NCBI RefSeq assembly: GCF_002571385.2
Contig: NW_019218012.1
Span: 62,001-126,000 of the forward strand
Origin: Stylophora pistillata
Taxonomy: Eukaryota
Length of the DNA: 64,000 bases
Direction of reading: 5' to 3'
In this document: piece by piece, positions 27,601 to 42,600 of the stretch
How positions within the stretch are numbered: the stretch's first letter is position 1
How the letters are laid out: each line of letters opens with the position of its first letter
Position numbers and translations under genes: made by a program
Notes under the pieces: generated by a model
The model's database searches: none
What the model was told of the DNA's origin: nothing
The model's input: the letters and a program-made list of their open reading frames with translations, nothing else

Positions 27601-30600
27601 TAACGCTTCAATCAGTGCGGTGTCTTAGTAGTGACACAAGTTTGATAGGTCATGCGTGTTGGCAAATAGTTAGTAGCTTATTTTTAACATGCGTGACAAA
27701 AGACCTTGTGTCGTGACTTGAAAGTTTTACAGACATTCGTCTCCTTCTGTAAGCATCATTTAACAAGTCACACGACGCTCCATTGAGCGTCCGTGACATA
27801 CCAAAGATTAGCTACAACGAACACTTCCATTGCCGATGGGTGTTTTATTTTTTTCTACGTGCCTCAGTGGTGCATTAAAGGTCAGTGTGTAAGGAAACGA
27901 AAATTGAAACCAGTAAACGGAGGCTGGGGACCATGGGGTCCTTTGAATGAATGCACAAGAAAATGTGGTGGAGGGATTTCCTTCTCATACAGACAGTGTA
28001 ATAACCCAATGTAAGTACACAACTTAACCATCTCGAACACTTCAACTCGTCACGACACTCTCATCATTTCATCTAGCATACGTCACCCCATTATGTCACG
28101 CAATTTCCTGTCGTTTAAGAGGTCGCCGATGTTCACTTAGCTAGTAACAGAAAGAAGAAAAATTATTTCTGCTTGGAACACAGTTCTTGCTATGTTATGC
28201 AGTTTCAGAACGTTTTGATCTTTAAAAATGTCTTGTTAAATAGTTATTTGTCAACAAAGGACAAATGACCTTGATCTTATTTTTCAGCCCAGAAAATGGC
28301 GGTAAATACTGCATTGGAAAAAGAAAACGTTTAGAGTCATGCAATACTCAGGTAATGATGTTGTAACGTTATACATTTTATTGAGTGTTTCCATAGCTTG
28401 TTACGCAGTTCTTGCCTTAAAGCCAGTCAGCATAACGAAAGCGTTATTGGTTTGTTATCTTGACAGGAATGTCCGCCAGGGTCATTGGACTTCCGAGCCT
28501 TGCAGTGTGCGAATACACGTGTGCGACGTCTAAGTGTTGGATCGAGGAGTTACAGACCGACCCAGTGGTTGCCAAAATATGCTGGAAGTGAGTAAGAACT
28601 TCACTTAACGTTTATGAAGTCTCCCATGGTACCAACTCTTTCCTAACTTGTTGTATGTATTGTCCCGATACAGTTCGCAAAGAAGATCAATGCAAGCTGT
28701 ACTGCCGCTTGTCTGGCACTGCGATTTATTTCAAACTGAAGAACAAAGTTATCGATGGGACCCCTTGCAATCAAGAGACAACAGACATCTGTGTGGATGG
28801 CAAATGTTTGGTAAGTTGCTCCTTTTACAGAAATGTGATCTACGGGTTAAACACGACTTCACAATGATGACATGAACATTTTCATAGCGACGAAGATGAC
28901 GAGGCCACAACGATGACAAGCAAACGATGATCATTACGATTATACCACGACAACGTAAATAACAACGAGATCATAACGACGAAATGCAAACGATGGTTTT
29001 AACGATGGTGCCCCGACAACGACAACGACGAGACCATAACGATAATAAACAAACGATAATTATAACGATGGAGCATCGACGACGTCAACGACGAGACTAT
29101 AACGACAAAAACCGGACGCTGATTACAACGAAGGTGCCACGACAACTGGAACTATACGACTATAACGATGAACATAACAATGACGTTTCCATAACGACAA
29201 CGACGACAATTTCAAGACCATAAAGACGACAACGAAAAATCTCATGATGGCGGCTAAAGCACGACATTATAAACACCTCAACAACACACTGACATCAAAC
29301 GAATGATAACGATAGCGATAACGAATTCTCCCAAATACTAGCCTTACATTCTCCGGCTTTCATTCCAGGCTGCTGGTTGTGACAGAGTCTTGAACTCAAC
29401 GAAGAAATTTGATAAATGTGGAGTGTGTGATGGAGACAACTCCTCTTGCAGGAGATTTTCCGAGACATTCAACGAGACAAGGTTTGGTAAGGTTTGGCGG
29501 CATGTTCTTTCGAATTAGATCTCGGTCCCTCCCACGTAGTTATGAGCCGTTATCATGCAGCGTTCATTTAAAGTCCACAGGGATAACAAGCTCAAGACAT
29601 GGGAAGCATTTTTATTTCTGAAGACTTAGCAATAACGCTGAGTGTTTAAGATATCTGTGGCGTCCCGGCGCGATCGTCATGAAACGTTTTGTTACAATAT
29701 CATTACGTTTCCCAGCGAGTAGGCAAGCAACTTTGATAAACTTATCAGCCGGACAGTTTCGTTTTGACATAACACCAATTCTCTTCAACATCATAAGGAC
29801 ACGCTTATCAACCGCAAGAGAGAATTACGATTCATAGATTCCTAGTCGTTTCCTTAGGTTCGAAGGCTAAGCCCCCAAAACTAGTAACGAGCTGACCAGC
29901 AATTGCTTTGAAAAAGAGTTAAAAATTGCTTTATTTATAGGATACAATCATATATTCACGATTCCTGTTGCCTCGACGGACATAGTTATCACTCAGTATG
30001 GTTGGAAAAATAAGGAAGACTCTAACTATTTGGGTAAGTATTCTTTTTTATCGATTTTAGTGCCACTCGGGTGACATTCGTTTGTCCGAGTCTTAATAAT
30101 AATAATAAGTCGATTTCATGCTATCTCGATAACTCGTATGGTGAACCGGAAATGAAGGAGAGAAAGTGAGATTGCCGATGTATGACTTGGAATGGCTTGT
30201 CGTTGGAGGGTTTGCATGACGTTGACAGAATGTCTCTCCCGGAATTTTCTTCATCAGCGCAGTCTTAACTTAGAGCTGTGTTTATTTTCTTTTTCTTTAA
30301 AACTGCTGCCAAAACGAGAAAAAATGAAATTTTTTTGCGCGAACTTTCCTGCTACGGACATATGAAGTAATCAAAGTGGAATCAGGTTATACCAGTCGAC
30401 GCCCCAAATCTTTTTTGTATCCCTTCGTTTTCTAACGGTAGGAGCCGATTTAAGTTTCTTACACTATGTCTCAAAGTCCACTCCATTCTATATTTTCAGC
30501 GCTTCAGAGTCACAGTGGTAAGTACCTTCTCAACGGAGGAATGATTGTGGGGATAGGAATAAGAGAATTCCGAGCCGCTGGCGCGAAGGTCTGGTACTCA

Positions 30601-33600
30601 GGCTCTGACAAAGCGACAGAACAAATCAAGATTAAAGGAAAAGTTGCAGAACCAATCAGAGTGCACGTGAGTTGACAGTGCAGCCTATCCAATGTTGTCG
30701 TTTCTATAGTGACGTCACACGTCAATGTATAGGCAATAAGAAAGAGTATAATTTACTCACTTAAAAAACGTCTTAACGACTGTGGTTTTGTTTCTCAAAA
30801 ACGGCTTTTTTAATGGTAATGCGAGGAAGGGCTCGAGCAACAGCAACCGATTCGGTGAACGGGCGTGTAAAGCTTTTTTCCTGTCACAGCTGTTTTGAGC
30901 TCGAGAACGCAATCGTGTCGTCCTGTAAATTTTCAAACTTCCTTCTCTCTCTTCAACTTATACACCGAATCGAAATATGGCGTCCAATTTGAACTGCCAT
31001 TGTTCTGGACTTACTAGCCTCTCACACATGTGATAATCCTTTTGTGTTTTCCACGTGAAGACGAGGCTAGTAAGTCTAGAACAATGGTAATTCAAATTGG
31101 ACGCCATATTTCAATTCGGTGTATGAGCTGCTCCAAAGGCTCCTTTGATTTCTCAGGTTCTTGAAGTTGGAGGCGTAGATCCTCCCAACATCCACTATGC
31201 CTACAACAAGAAGATAGCGGACCCAACAAAGCTTTTATACAGGTGGTACCAGTCTGGGCATTGGACGCAGTGCAGTGCGCTATGTCAAGGTGGGAAACCC
31301 CCCTGCGTAACCCGTTACGTGGAAGATTTTAACACAATGTTTCACTTTGCACTTGCCACTCAGCCTCTGTCATGCAACACGTGCTTCACAACACTTGCCA
31401 CTCCAGCACACAGAACTCCATCTTTATGGCGGACCAATTGGGGAGGATGTTTTTTCTAGTCGTTTTCTTTCTCAGGGCCCGCAGTAACTGGCTACCCGCC
31501 GTTGCGGTTCCCCTGCCATATTTTGTAGTGGAGAAGTTAATAAATAGATGTTTGTGAGGATGACGGCTAATTTTTGTGCCGGACATGTACCGCGGAATGT
31601 CCATAAATAAAAAAAAAAAATTAACTGCTAACGATTCCCGCTCAAGAACTTACTCATCTTTAGGGGGTAGGAATTAAAATATCAAGATTTCTTTCCACCA
31701 TAGTGTTGCTTTGATTCGTGATTGAGATTTCATGGTGCAGACGTCTTTGAAAACAAATCAAAACTCAGTCCAGTAGCTAAATTATCATACTTTAATGAGT
31801 TCCTCTTTTCTTATGAAATCCCGCTTGTTTTATAACCAGGACAAAGAAAGCGCCGACCTACATGTGTTCGTGCCATTGACGGTCAACAGGTATCAACTTC
31901 CCGCTGTGACCTAAGGACTCGTCCGAGCAGAAGAACAGAAGCCTGTAATTTAAGTTGCCAACTCAAGTAAGTAACGCAGTCGTTTTAATGCTTTGGGTGG
32001 GTAAATGGCTTCATTCCCGTAGATCACTGACTTAAGACTAAAAGGAAAAGCGAATAACTGCCTGTAAGACGCACACAAAGAAACACAGGTAGACAGACAG
32101 AAATGAAGACAGATAGACAGACACAGACAACCAGACAGACAGACAGACAGACATACACGAAGACAGACAGACATACAGACACGACGACAGATAGACAGAC
32201 ACAGACAGACAAACGAACAGACAGACAGAAACAGAGAAACCACCAGACAGAAAAAACGTAAAACAGATGCTAACTGACCAACTTTCTGACAGCCAAACAG
32301 ATAGACAGACAGACAGATAGATAGACGGACAGAGAGAAGGACGATATGACTTAATTCTTCGCTGAATGACTGTCTGGCAAACAGACGGACTGAGATTGTA
32401 GGGCTGAGGGATATACAAAACAAAAAACTGGATTACTAAGTGACAAATGGACAGTCTGACGAGGAAGACAGTGACTGTCAGACAAATGGACAAACAGACA
32501 GATAGATTGATTAACTTTAGCTTCAGTAGCTTTAAAAGGCAATTTTTAAATGACACGAATCAAATTGTTTTTGTGTAATAAATTTGCAGATGGAAAATAC
32601 AGAGCTCTGGTGAGTGCTCTGCACGTTGTGGGACTGGGTACCAGACTCGTATTGTACGGTGCTTGCGTGTTAGCAGTGACCGCTGGGATGTCGTGCTGGA
32701 CAAACATTGTCGAAAAAGTTCAAAGCCTGCCGTAGTTGTTCTGTGCGAGGGAACGTGCGAGGGAACCAAGTGGGTGTACTCGGAGTGGTCTAAGGTATTT
32801 AAATTGTGGTTCAGTTAATACACGAGTTCTGATAGATGAAGAAGTATTTACCAGGAAGTTGCAAAATTAACCGAGGAAAATTTTAAAACTATTATTCATT
32901 TATCTTGTTTTTCTTTTTCTTTTCTTGTTGTTTTGTTTTGAACGAGCAGCCTTCTACCAGAATCCATCCTGGATTTCGTGGTTTTGTTACTCCTCCGAAA
33001 TGAATTTCACTTCCCTAGGGTTTATAGAACTCCTTCAGGATGCGTTTGACTACCCCAGGGTAAATTCTACTCTCCCCTAAGGGTGCATTCTACTCCCCGC
33101 TAGGTTAAATTCTACTTCCCGCCCGCCCTAGGGGGCATTATACTCCCCTCTCTGTGGAGAAAATCATGACAACAAAATAACCCGACATGCTTTCTCTATC
33201 CTACTTATCACTGTAATGGAAAATGGTTTCTATCTTTTTTTCAGTGTTCAAAAAGTTGTGGCAGAGGGCGACAAACCAGAACTGCTCAATGTGTGGACAA
33301 CTATGAAAAACTTAAGGATCGAGATTGTCGTCCAACTGATAAACTTTCACTTAATAGACACTGCAATACTGTTAAGTGCCCCTGGTGGACGACGGGAAAC
33401 TGGAGCTCGGTAATCCAAGAGCGTTTGTGTTTACAGTCTCAACTGTTTTTCCTATTTAAAGCTATTCTTTCCTATCTACCCTCCCATGTGCCTGTTTCTG
33501 TTTCTGTTTCTGTTTGTCTATCGGCCTGTCTTGCCGTTTCTCTGTCTGACTGACTGACTGTCTGTGTAGGTGTTTGCCCGTCAACCAGTGTAATCATTGT

Positions 33601-36600
33601 CCAGCCCCTGCTAAACGCCACCTATAAGTAGAAAATTTGTTTGGTAGAGAGAAAGTCTTAATTACTTACGGTCTTCACAGTTTTTAAGAGAATGGTGCCA
33701 ATATTTTCTTTAATACGTACTATTTGTAGATTGTTTGCTTGGCTAGCTATACTTGAGATTAATCAACCAAAAGTCACAAACGTTTTTGGAAAATGATCCG
33801 TTAAGGGTCCAGTGCAGACTTCTCCCCGGGGGGAGTAGTCGTTATTGAAATTTCCCGCTCATATTGTTAGAATCATACCCCCTTGCCTCCCGGTCCATCT
33901 TGTAAACATTTTAACATCTTGCATCCTGGCCCATCGTGTGAACATTATGTCACCTTGCTCCCCCTTCCCGAACATTTAATTCCAAATGAGCATCTCATTC
34001 ATTATTTTCCTCTCCCAGTGCAGTGTGACTTGTGGCACGGGGCAGAGCACCCGTCTTGTGACATGTACTGGAGAACAAGGGACAGTTATGAACAGAGCCT
34101 GTAATCCGAATCAGCGACCAGTCTCTACAAAGCCATGTGACCTCAAGAAGTGTCCTTACTGGTTCGTGGGGAAATGGACGGACGTAAGTAAATTGGAAGT
34201 CACTTTGTTTTTGCTTAACTTTTCACCTCTTATGAATGACTGGCTTCTAAATTCCCTATACATTATCGCCCTTGGATCAACTGTAAAGGTCATGAGAAAA
34301 ATGGAAACGACCACCAATTTAACTTCTGACCGTCAAACAAAAATTCTCCTCGTCATTATCACTGGGAATGTAGAGAGATCATTGTATAGAAAAGAGAGAT
34401 TTAGCACCGCGTTTAGGTGAAACGGCAAACGTCAGCTTGTCCTTTCACGTTTCACGTAAAACAGCGTGAATCTTGCTGCTTTAGCTTCGCGTGAGCTCAC
34501 GTCATGGTGAATTTGGAAGCGCCCTTGTATGACTCACAAGGAATAGTTTTGAAGCCCTTTTCCAACCGTAGACTTTTACTCAGCTGTGAGAGAAAAAGTG
34601 AAGAAAATCTTACGTACACGGCAAACGCGGAACATGTTACTTTCACGTAGAAACGGCAAAGTGCAACCGGCAGACGTGAAAAAATTGGCGGGAAAAGCAA
34701 GGTCACGTGGTATTTCTTGCTGTTCACGTTACACGTGAACGCGGTACTAAATGCTTTAATACTAATACTTACTTATGTTAGAGTGTAAAGGGTTTATCTC
34801 TTGGCTTTCTTAATTATGTTGCTTATCGTTCCCAGTGCTCTAAGACGTGTGGCACGGGTTTTGCGACCCGGAGCGTCCTTTGTCTCTCGGGGGAACCCGT
34901 CCCTCGAGAGGTGGATGAGACCAAGTGCTCCCCTCTGGCCAGACCAGTTTCCAGGAAAGAGTGTAAAATGGAAGACTGCAGAACGACATTATTCAGCTTT
35001 CCAGATCCAGGCAAAAGAACGAAGTATTATTGGAGATATTCATTATGGACGCCGGTGAGTTTGAGTGTAACATTATGGTTATTCTCACTTTGTTAATCAG
35101 GGGTTGCGGCAAATGCCGGAAAAAGTTGTGGAAATCCTAGTTAAGTTGTTTGGGTGGTTGGTTGGTTTTTCTACATCTTCCTCCCTTGTTTTTGACCCTG
35201 TTTCCTTTTTATGTTTGTATTTGTGTTTTTGGACGTTTTCCTCTGATCGTAGGTTAATTGTTGTTTTTTTGTTTTTTTCTGTGTTATTGATTTTATGAAA
35301 TGTTTTTCTCTAGTGTTCTGTGTCGTGCGGAGAGAAACCTGGGACACGTTATCGTGACGTTGAATGCGTGAAGGTGAAGGTGAAGCCTGGGAACGAGACT
35401 GTTGTCGAAAAGCAGGAGTTGGCTCATAAGAAGTACTGTGAGGAAAAAAAGAAACCCGCCAACAGACAAGAATGCAAAGTTCTACCGTGTACGAGCTGGA
35501 AACACGGGTCCTGGGGCAGAGTAAGAATCTTTTCGCTTCCTAGCTTCTTTGCTTAAATTTTTTGTCTCTTTGTTATCTTTTACCATTCATTTTGCAACTT
35601 TCATGACAAAGATCAGACACACAAGTTTCTCTACCTCGATTTCCAGAAAAATTAATCAAAAGTTTCTCCAAAAAATGCTTTGAGAATTATTTTAGTCTAA
35701 CCAGGTTGAAGTTGTTAGGGGAAATGAAGTTTTTCTCATGAAAACCAAATTCCCAAACCTCTGAGACGGATATATTTCCTCTCATTATAAATTAATATCT
35801 TTTTTCCAAATATCAAAAACATCCCCAAGTTTTAGAAGAATGTAGCTAATAACCACGGTTACTATTCTAACACGCAATGGCCAAGCATCCCCTTCAAGTG
35901 TAATAGTAATAGTCGTAGTAGTGTCATGCTAAAAAAAACAGAATAGGTTCCAATTTTGTTTTCTTCAGAAGATTCGCTTCCAAATTTCATGTAATCTTTG
36001 TCCCATTGCAGTGCTCACAGCCTTGTGGTTGGGGTTTTCAGCTGCGCGTAGTCAAGTGCACTTACGATAATTGGTTAATAACAGAGGATGAAAATTGCGA
36101 TCAGAAAAGCCGACCAAGAAACCGGAGAGATTGCCAGATCAATCCGTGTAAATCAACTACATCTGGCACAGATGTCGATGAAACTACGAATACAATTCGA
36201 ACACAACTTGTCACGAGGCCAGCTCCGACGACTCCCCGAGAAAAACCGGGATGGAAGGAAGGAGGCTGGAGCGAGGTAAAATTGATTCTTGTTTATGCAT
36301 CGAAGAACCGTTTACAAGTTATGAGTTTTACGAGGCTGTCGAATAATTTTGTCGCGTTAATCTGAGAGCAGTTACCTGGACTTTTAAAACAAAGTGCAAA
36401 ATTGTTAAAAAAAAAAAATTGCCCTCAAGGGGTCATACCTATTTTTTGGAATAAATTTTTAAAAGGATTACTTCCGGTCACTTCAGTCTAGATTAGTTTG
36501 TTTCTTTCAGTGTTCTGTCACGTGTGGTCAAGGCGAAAGACGTCGGAACGTCAGCTGTAGTTATGATAACGGTCAGATAAGCAGTGACTGTGACGCTAAC

Positions 36601-39600
36601 TCCAAACCAGACAGTGTTATGGAATGCGTACTACTAGCATGCCCCGTATGGCATGAAGAACCATGGAGTGAGGTAGGTAGTGCGGGCTCAATTACGAGAA
36701 GGAACGTCCCGGTTTGTCCATATGGCTTGAAATTTTACATGGATTGTTTTAAGTTCGTCATTTCCGGTCCATTTTATTCTTCTCTATTTTTAGCCATCCC
36801 CGTTTCTTCTTGATTTATTCATTATCTCTTGTGTGATTTTCCTTATAAACTCACAATTTTTTTTTTTCTTTTAACCAAGACAGAATTTCTTCTCACAATA
36901 TCAACACAATATTAAACAAGCAACTGATAAAAATAACGAAAAATATAAATTATACGATTATTAGTTAGTTGATCCAATACCAAATCTCACCAACTAACAT
37001 CATTAAGATTGTACGGCAAACAGAAAAGAGAATTAATATTACTGATGAGTTCTTGGATGTGAAAGGGTTAATGTGAGTTTCTACGCATGCCCATCTGCTA
37101 AAAACGAACTATGCATGGAGTAGTACATCTACTTTTCTTCTCCTCAGTGCTCAGTGTCCTGCGGTGATGGCACGAGACAACGAAGTGTTGATTGTAGATT
37201 TGCAAATGGCCAGTTAAGTGTCGGATGCGACGAGACAAAGAAACCTGCGACCAGAGAGGCCTGCAACCTCAGACCTTGTCCCACATGGATGACAGGGGAC
37301 TGGGGCAGTGTAAGTACTCCTTGTAGAGCAATTTATCTGCTTATATGCCCGTTCATAAGTAAGATATGTACTTATTGAGTATGGATTGAGTGTGGGAGAG
37401 GGCCTCCAGGGAAAACATTTGGCTCGAGTAACCGTGCGTCATGATCATGTGCTAGACATTGTTCGTTCCCGATCAAACTCAGTGAATAGGTATTTTATCA
37501 AATGCCACTAAGTCTCCTACATTTTGAGTTTATGTTCGAATCTAGGTAGGACGCGATTACATTTATGAGAAGGGCGCGGTTCAAGTCAATCCGTCCTTGA
37601 ACAACTGGGCTTTTACTATGGTGTTCTTTAGGGTTGCATGAGCGTCCTATTAAAAAAAATATATATAATCTATTTTACAGTGTTCAGTAACTTGTGGGTC
37701 AGGAATCAAAGCTCGTTCCGTGGATTGCAGTGATAGAGACATCAAATGCGATCCCCGGACGAAACCCGAAGCCACCAACAAGTGTGACCTGAAAGAGTGT
37801 CCGAAATGGATAACAAGCCCATGGGAAGAGGTATTCTCGCTCTTTTACAATATTTTATAACTTGAAAAAATTTTTTAAGTTCCACAGTTTAAGAATCTGT
37901 CATTTTGTAAAGGGATATACTCTTACTTATTCGTTATTTCCGCTCGGATCTTGGACCATACCCCCTCATCGTGCCATTTTTAAACTTTTTTTGCTTTCTT
38001 ATCCATTGGTAACCAATCAGTGTTATTTCGTTCTCCGAAGTGTTCCGTTTCTTGCGGAGAAGGCCAAAGAAAACGTCAAGTTGATTGCAAAACTACAGAT
38101 GGACAATGGAGTCTTGGATGTGATCTGAATATCAAACCTGCTGTAAGAGAGGCCTGCAACTTAAGACCGTGTCCCTCATGGATGACTGGGGCCTGGGGAA
38201 AAGTAAGAAGTCCATTTATGTTATTCCATTTTTCTGAGGGGCTTCAAATCTGTATCAAATACACTTGTATGTAATCATTCGTTGACTGTTTTTTTTCTTC
38301 TTCTTCTTCTTCAGTGTTCAGTGACCTGTGGTTCAGGAGCGAAGTTTCGCACAGTCGAATGCAGTGATAAAGACATACCATGCGACGCTAAAACAAAACC
38401 GTTGGCCAGGGAGCGTTGTGATTTTAGCGCGTGTCCACAGTGGATCACAAGCCCCTGGGAAGAGGTAAATATATACATGCATATACCTTTCATTCGAAGG
38501 CTTTTAAAACATACAATGCTGGTGACTATTTTTTCAAGCTGCATTGTATTTTCTAAAGAACAAAAGATCCAAAACAAGTCATTTTTGCTCCACTATTTTT
38601 CTATTACGTTCGTAATCGCTGTGTTATCATATCAAATGCGATTCCTTGATCTCAGTCGGTAAAATAACGTGATAGTGGACTGGAAACTATTGATTGAGAA
38701 TTATTTCTTAGAATAAATTAGCTTTGTAATACTTTTTACGCAACAAGAAACAAACTCAAATATATCACTCGGCACCAAACGACTGCAGTTTTAAATCGCA
38801 TCTTTGTTGCAACGAGATGAGCGCGCTGAATTCAGTTTTTATACAGGTAGCTCGCTTATAGGTTGAAGTCCCAATACTGGACAAGGTCGTTTTACGAGAG
38901 CGGACTGGGGCGAGACGGGGTGTAGCAAGAACGTGTGCCCTTTTTGTTGTTCAAAGATTTGTCGTTTTGCTGTTTTCGCACCATTTTAGTTTTTGTGCGA
39001 TCAGTTGTCTCTCACTTTTTTTCTGTAGTGTTCAGTCTCCTGCGGTGAAGGTACAAGGCACCGCAGTGTTGAGTGTAGACTGGAAACTGGACAGCTGAGT
39101 CCTGGATGTGACGAGAGAGTCAGACCACCTGCTAAAGAGGCTTGCAACATTAGACCGTGTCCTACATGGATGGCGGGACAATGGGGCAAAGTGAGTTGCC
39201 TTATTGGACTAACATTTAGAACACGTATATTCTAGCCACAAACCTAAGTAAGTAAACCACTTAAACGTTTTTGTTCTTCTTCGTTGGTAGTGTTCAGTTA
39301 CTTGTGGCTCAGGATTGAAGATTCGTTCAGTCGAATGCAGTGACGAAGACATACAATGTGATATTAGAACAAAACCGCGAAGCGAACAACGATGTGATCT
39401 TCGGGCGTGTCCACGATGGATCACCGGCGGATGGGGGGAGGTAAGACAATTCGCAGATCATACATCGCTTTTTGTAGGAATTATTAATTTGAATTCAATA
39501 GGTATTGAAGAGAGTTTTCCGAATTGAGGACATCTCAACTAAAAGTGGAAAATGGAGGAAAAGGCTTTAAGAAAGAGAAAGGGAAGAGTGGATCCCTTCT

Positions 39601-42600
39601 CTCAATATTTTTCTCCTTCGTGACCTACCGAGACGTGTGGTGTTTAACTCAGTCGTACAAAGTTAACTCTTATTCCCAGAAATAATGGAACGCCATTTTG
39701 CAATAATTGAAATAGATTAGTTCAATTTTTTATCTTATCAAGTATCTTAGATAAGCTGAGAAAAAAAAAAAAGAAGAAAAAACTTTTCGTTAATACGTAG
39801 ATTTAACCCAACGATTTTCTCCTCTTTCTCGTGCATGTATAAATGGAATCGCACAACCTGGTGTGTTGGCGGTGTGAATGATTCCTCTTTTCTTTCTTTC
39901 TAAAAGTGCTCAGTAACTTGTGGATCAGGAATCTTAATGCGTTCAGTAGAATGCAGCGATGAAGACATCAGCTGTAATTCTAAAACGAAGCCAGTCACCA
40001 CTAAACGATGTTTTGACCAAGCTTGTCCACAGTGGAACGTGGGGCTCTGGGGAGAGGTGAGATCATCTTTACGTAACACAGCAATTAAAGGCGAGAGGAT
40101 CAACTTGACCTACTTATTGTTTGTGCAGTTGTCCATACACCGAATGCAAATATAACGTCCAATTTGAATTGCCATTGTTCTGGACTGACTTGCCTCACAC
40201 ACATGTAATAATCCTTTTGTGTTTCCTCGTGAAGACGAGGCTAATCAGTCCAGAACAATGGCAATTCAAATTGGACGCCATATTTGCATTCGGTGTATAG
40301 CTCCTGTGAAACAACTTAGTTCCGACATCCTAGAAGCACGCCACCAGGCGAATACAACGTTCGCTCATCCGCACATGTTGACCGCGTTCTCTCTTTTTTG
40401 TAGTGTTCAGTCTCCTGTGGAGATGGTACAAGGCTGAGAACTGTTGATTGTAGATTACCAAATGATCGCTTAAGTCCCGGATGTGATAAGGAACAGCAAC
40501 CTTCAGCTAAAGAGGCATGCAACATCAGACCGTGTCCTACATGGATGACAGGGGAATGGGGCGGAGTAAGTTGTCCTTTTGGAATAATTTCCTGCACAAA
40601 TCTTACCTCTCTACGTCATTGCATATGTATCAATATTCTCTCTTTTTTTTTTTCTGATGGATATCAAGTGTTCTGTGACATGTGGATCAGGGGTGAAGAG
40701 TCGCTCAGTGGAGTGCAGTGACATAGACCTACCATGCGATGTTATAACGAAGCCAAAGACCTTCCAGAGTTGTGATCTTGCTAAATGTCCACAGTGGGAG
40801 GCGGGTCCATGGGGAAAGGTACGTCACACGAATAACTTCGAAAAAAAAAAGACATCCAGTCTCAACTTTTCCACAGAGACTCGGGTTTCTTGACTCGCCC
40901 CTAAGATTTAGCGATCTGGTAAGCCACTAGCTACGTCATTAACTCTTCACGTCGAGTATCAGAGCTGAGCCCGCGAAGTTCACAAAGCGAGTCACAAAAA
41001 AAAAGAAAAAAAAATCAGTCTCCGCGGCGCACTAGCATCAATTTTTTTTTTCGCTAATTTTTTTGTACTCCCGCAACAGATTTTCGCCGAGATAGAGGGA
41101 AATGTCTGTAATCTATTCAGAGGATGGAGGTTTCGTAGTTTAAATCCTCGACGGGAAGGGGAAGGTCAACACTGTTTTCTTTGTCCCATCTTGCTGGCAA
41201 ACAAATCTAAACCCCCCCCCCTCCCCCACTCCCTCTTTACTTTTTGAATGACCGAGCTTAGAAAATTTACTCACTGAGTTGAGAATGTAAACTGGTCACT
41301 GTAAAGAGTCTCTAAGGCTGACGTATCATCAATTTTATATATTTCTTTTTTAATGTTAATTCTCTATTTGTTCCTAGTGCTCAAAAACATGCGGTGCAGG
41401 ATTTAAAAGACGTACGGTAAAATGTGACGGAGGCAACGCTCGATGTGATTCCAGATCAAGGCCGCAAAGCGTCGAAAGATGTAACCTTGGGATGTGTCCT
41501 AGATGGCATCCAGGACCATGGAGCGAGGTAAGATAATGATTTACTGGGAAGGCATTTCTCAAAGATAAATATTTAATTCAGTGTCAGAAGAAACCTTCGA
41601 TTCTATTGGTTAGGCTTCATCTCGCTCATCGAGTTTTCAGATTTCCAGCCTAAACACTCGAAGAGAAATTCCCTATCTCCGCACGCCCATGTATTTTTCT
41701 CTAATTATTACTTTTCCTCTTATAGTGTTCAGTTACGTGTGGCTCAGGAGTTAAGTATCGTAACGTGACTTGCGTTGGAATCAGTTCCAAGTGTAACCCG
41801 AGAACCAAACCACGCCCTACCTTGAGGTGTAACAACTCGCCTTGTCCGAAGTGGAAAACTGGATTGTGGAGTAAGGTATTAAGAATGTCACCATGTTACA
41901 TATCTTTCATCCGGTTTCTATATCGATATCAGTTAGGCATTTGTGTGGGAATAGCCCCCACTCTACACAATTTTTGTTAGGAAAGGGTGATTGTTCATAA
42001 TAACAAAAGAGTCTGAGAGAGACTCCCTGAAGACCAAGGTATTTCTAGTGACAAGTACTGATGAACACTTTGCAAATACACCAAATTGAGTAATTTTCTA
42101 TTTAGTGTCGCAAAGAGTAAGGAAATTGCACTGAGCTTGTTTACTTGCTCCCGAAAAGTCGCGCCACCCTCTCAACCAATCAGATGCAAAACTAAAATCA
42201 ATCACGACTTGGTGGCCAGCGTTTTCCCGCCTTTTTGGTACTTCGGTTGTTTTTACTTTGAGTTCTCATTGGCGCTTAAAGATGTATTTCCTTTTTTCTG
42301 ATTGCTTGTTATGATTACTTTGGTTATGAAAGCTGGCACACGCTTATTCTCAATCGTAAACATTTTGTATTGATGATCATTTAGTTGGTTTACTTACATC
42401 GTGTTTTGACCCGTGGCATTTGACTCCCTTCTAGTGTTCAAAGTCTTGTGGGAAGGGAACTAAGAAACGTGCAGTGGATTGCGTCGGCGGCTTGAACCCC
42501 CAGTGTGATCCCAGGAGCAAACCGGCCTCGACGGCCGAATGTGATCATGGGCGCTGCTCAAAATGGAATGTTGGAGAATGGCAGAAGGTAATTCATTGTC

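Noticed and set aside
31950-32556. Minus-strand ORFs of 157 and 172 aa
   Set aside because: Translations of the (GACA)n microsatellite (CLSV repeats).
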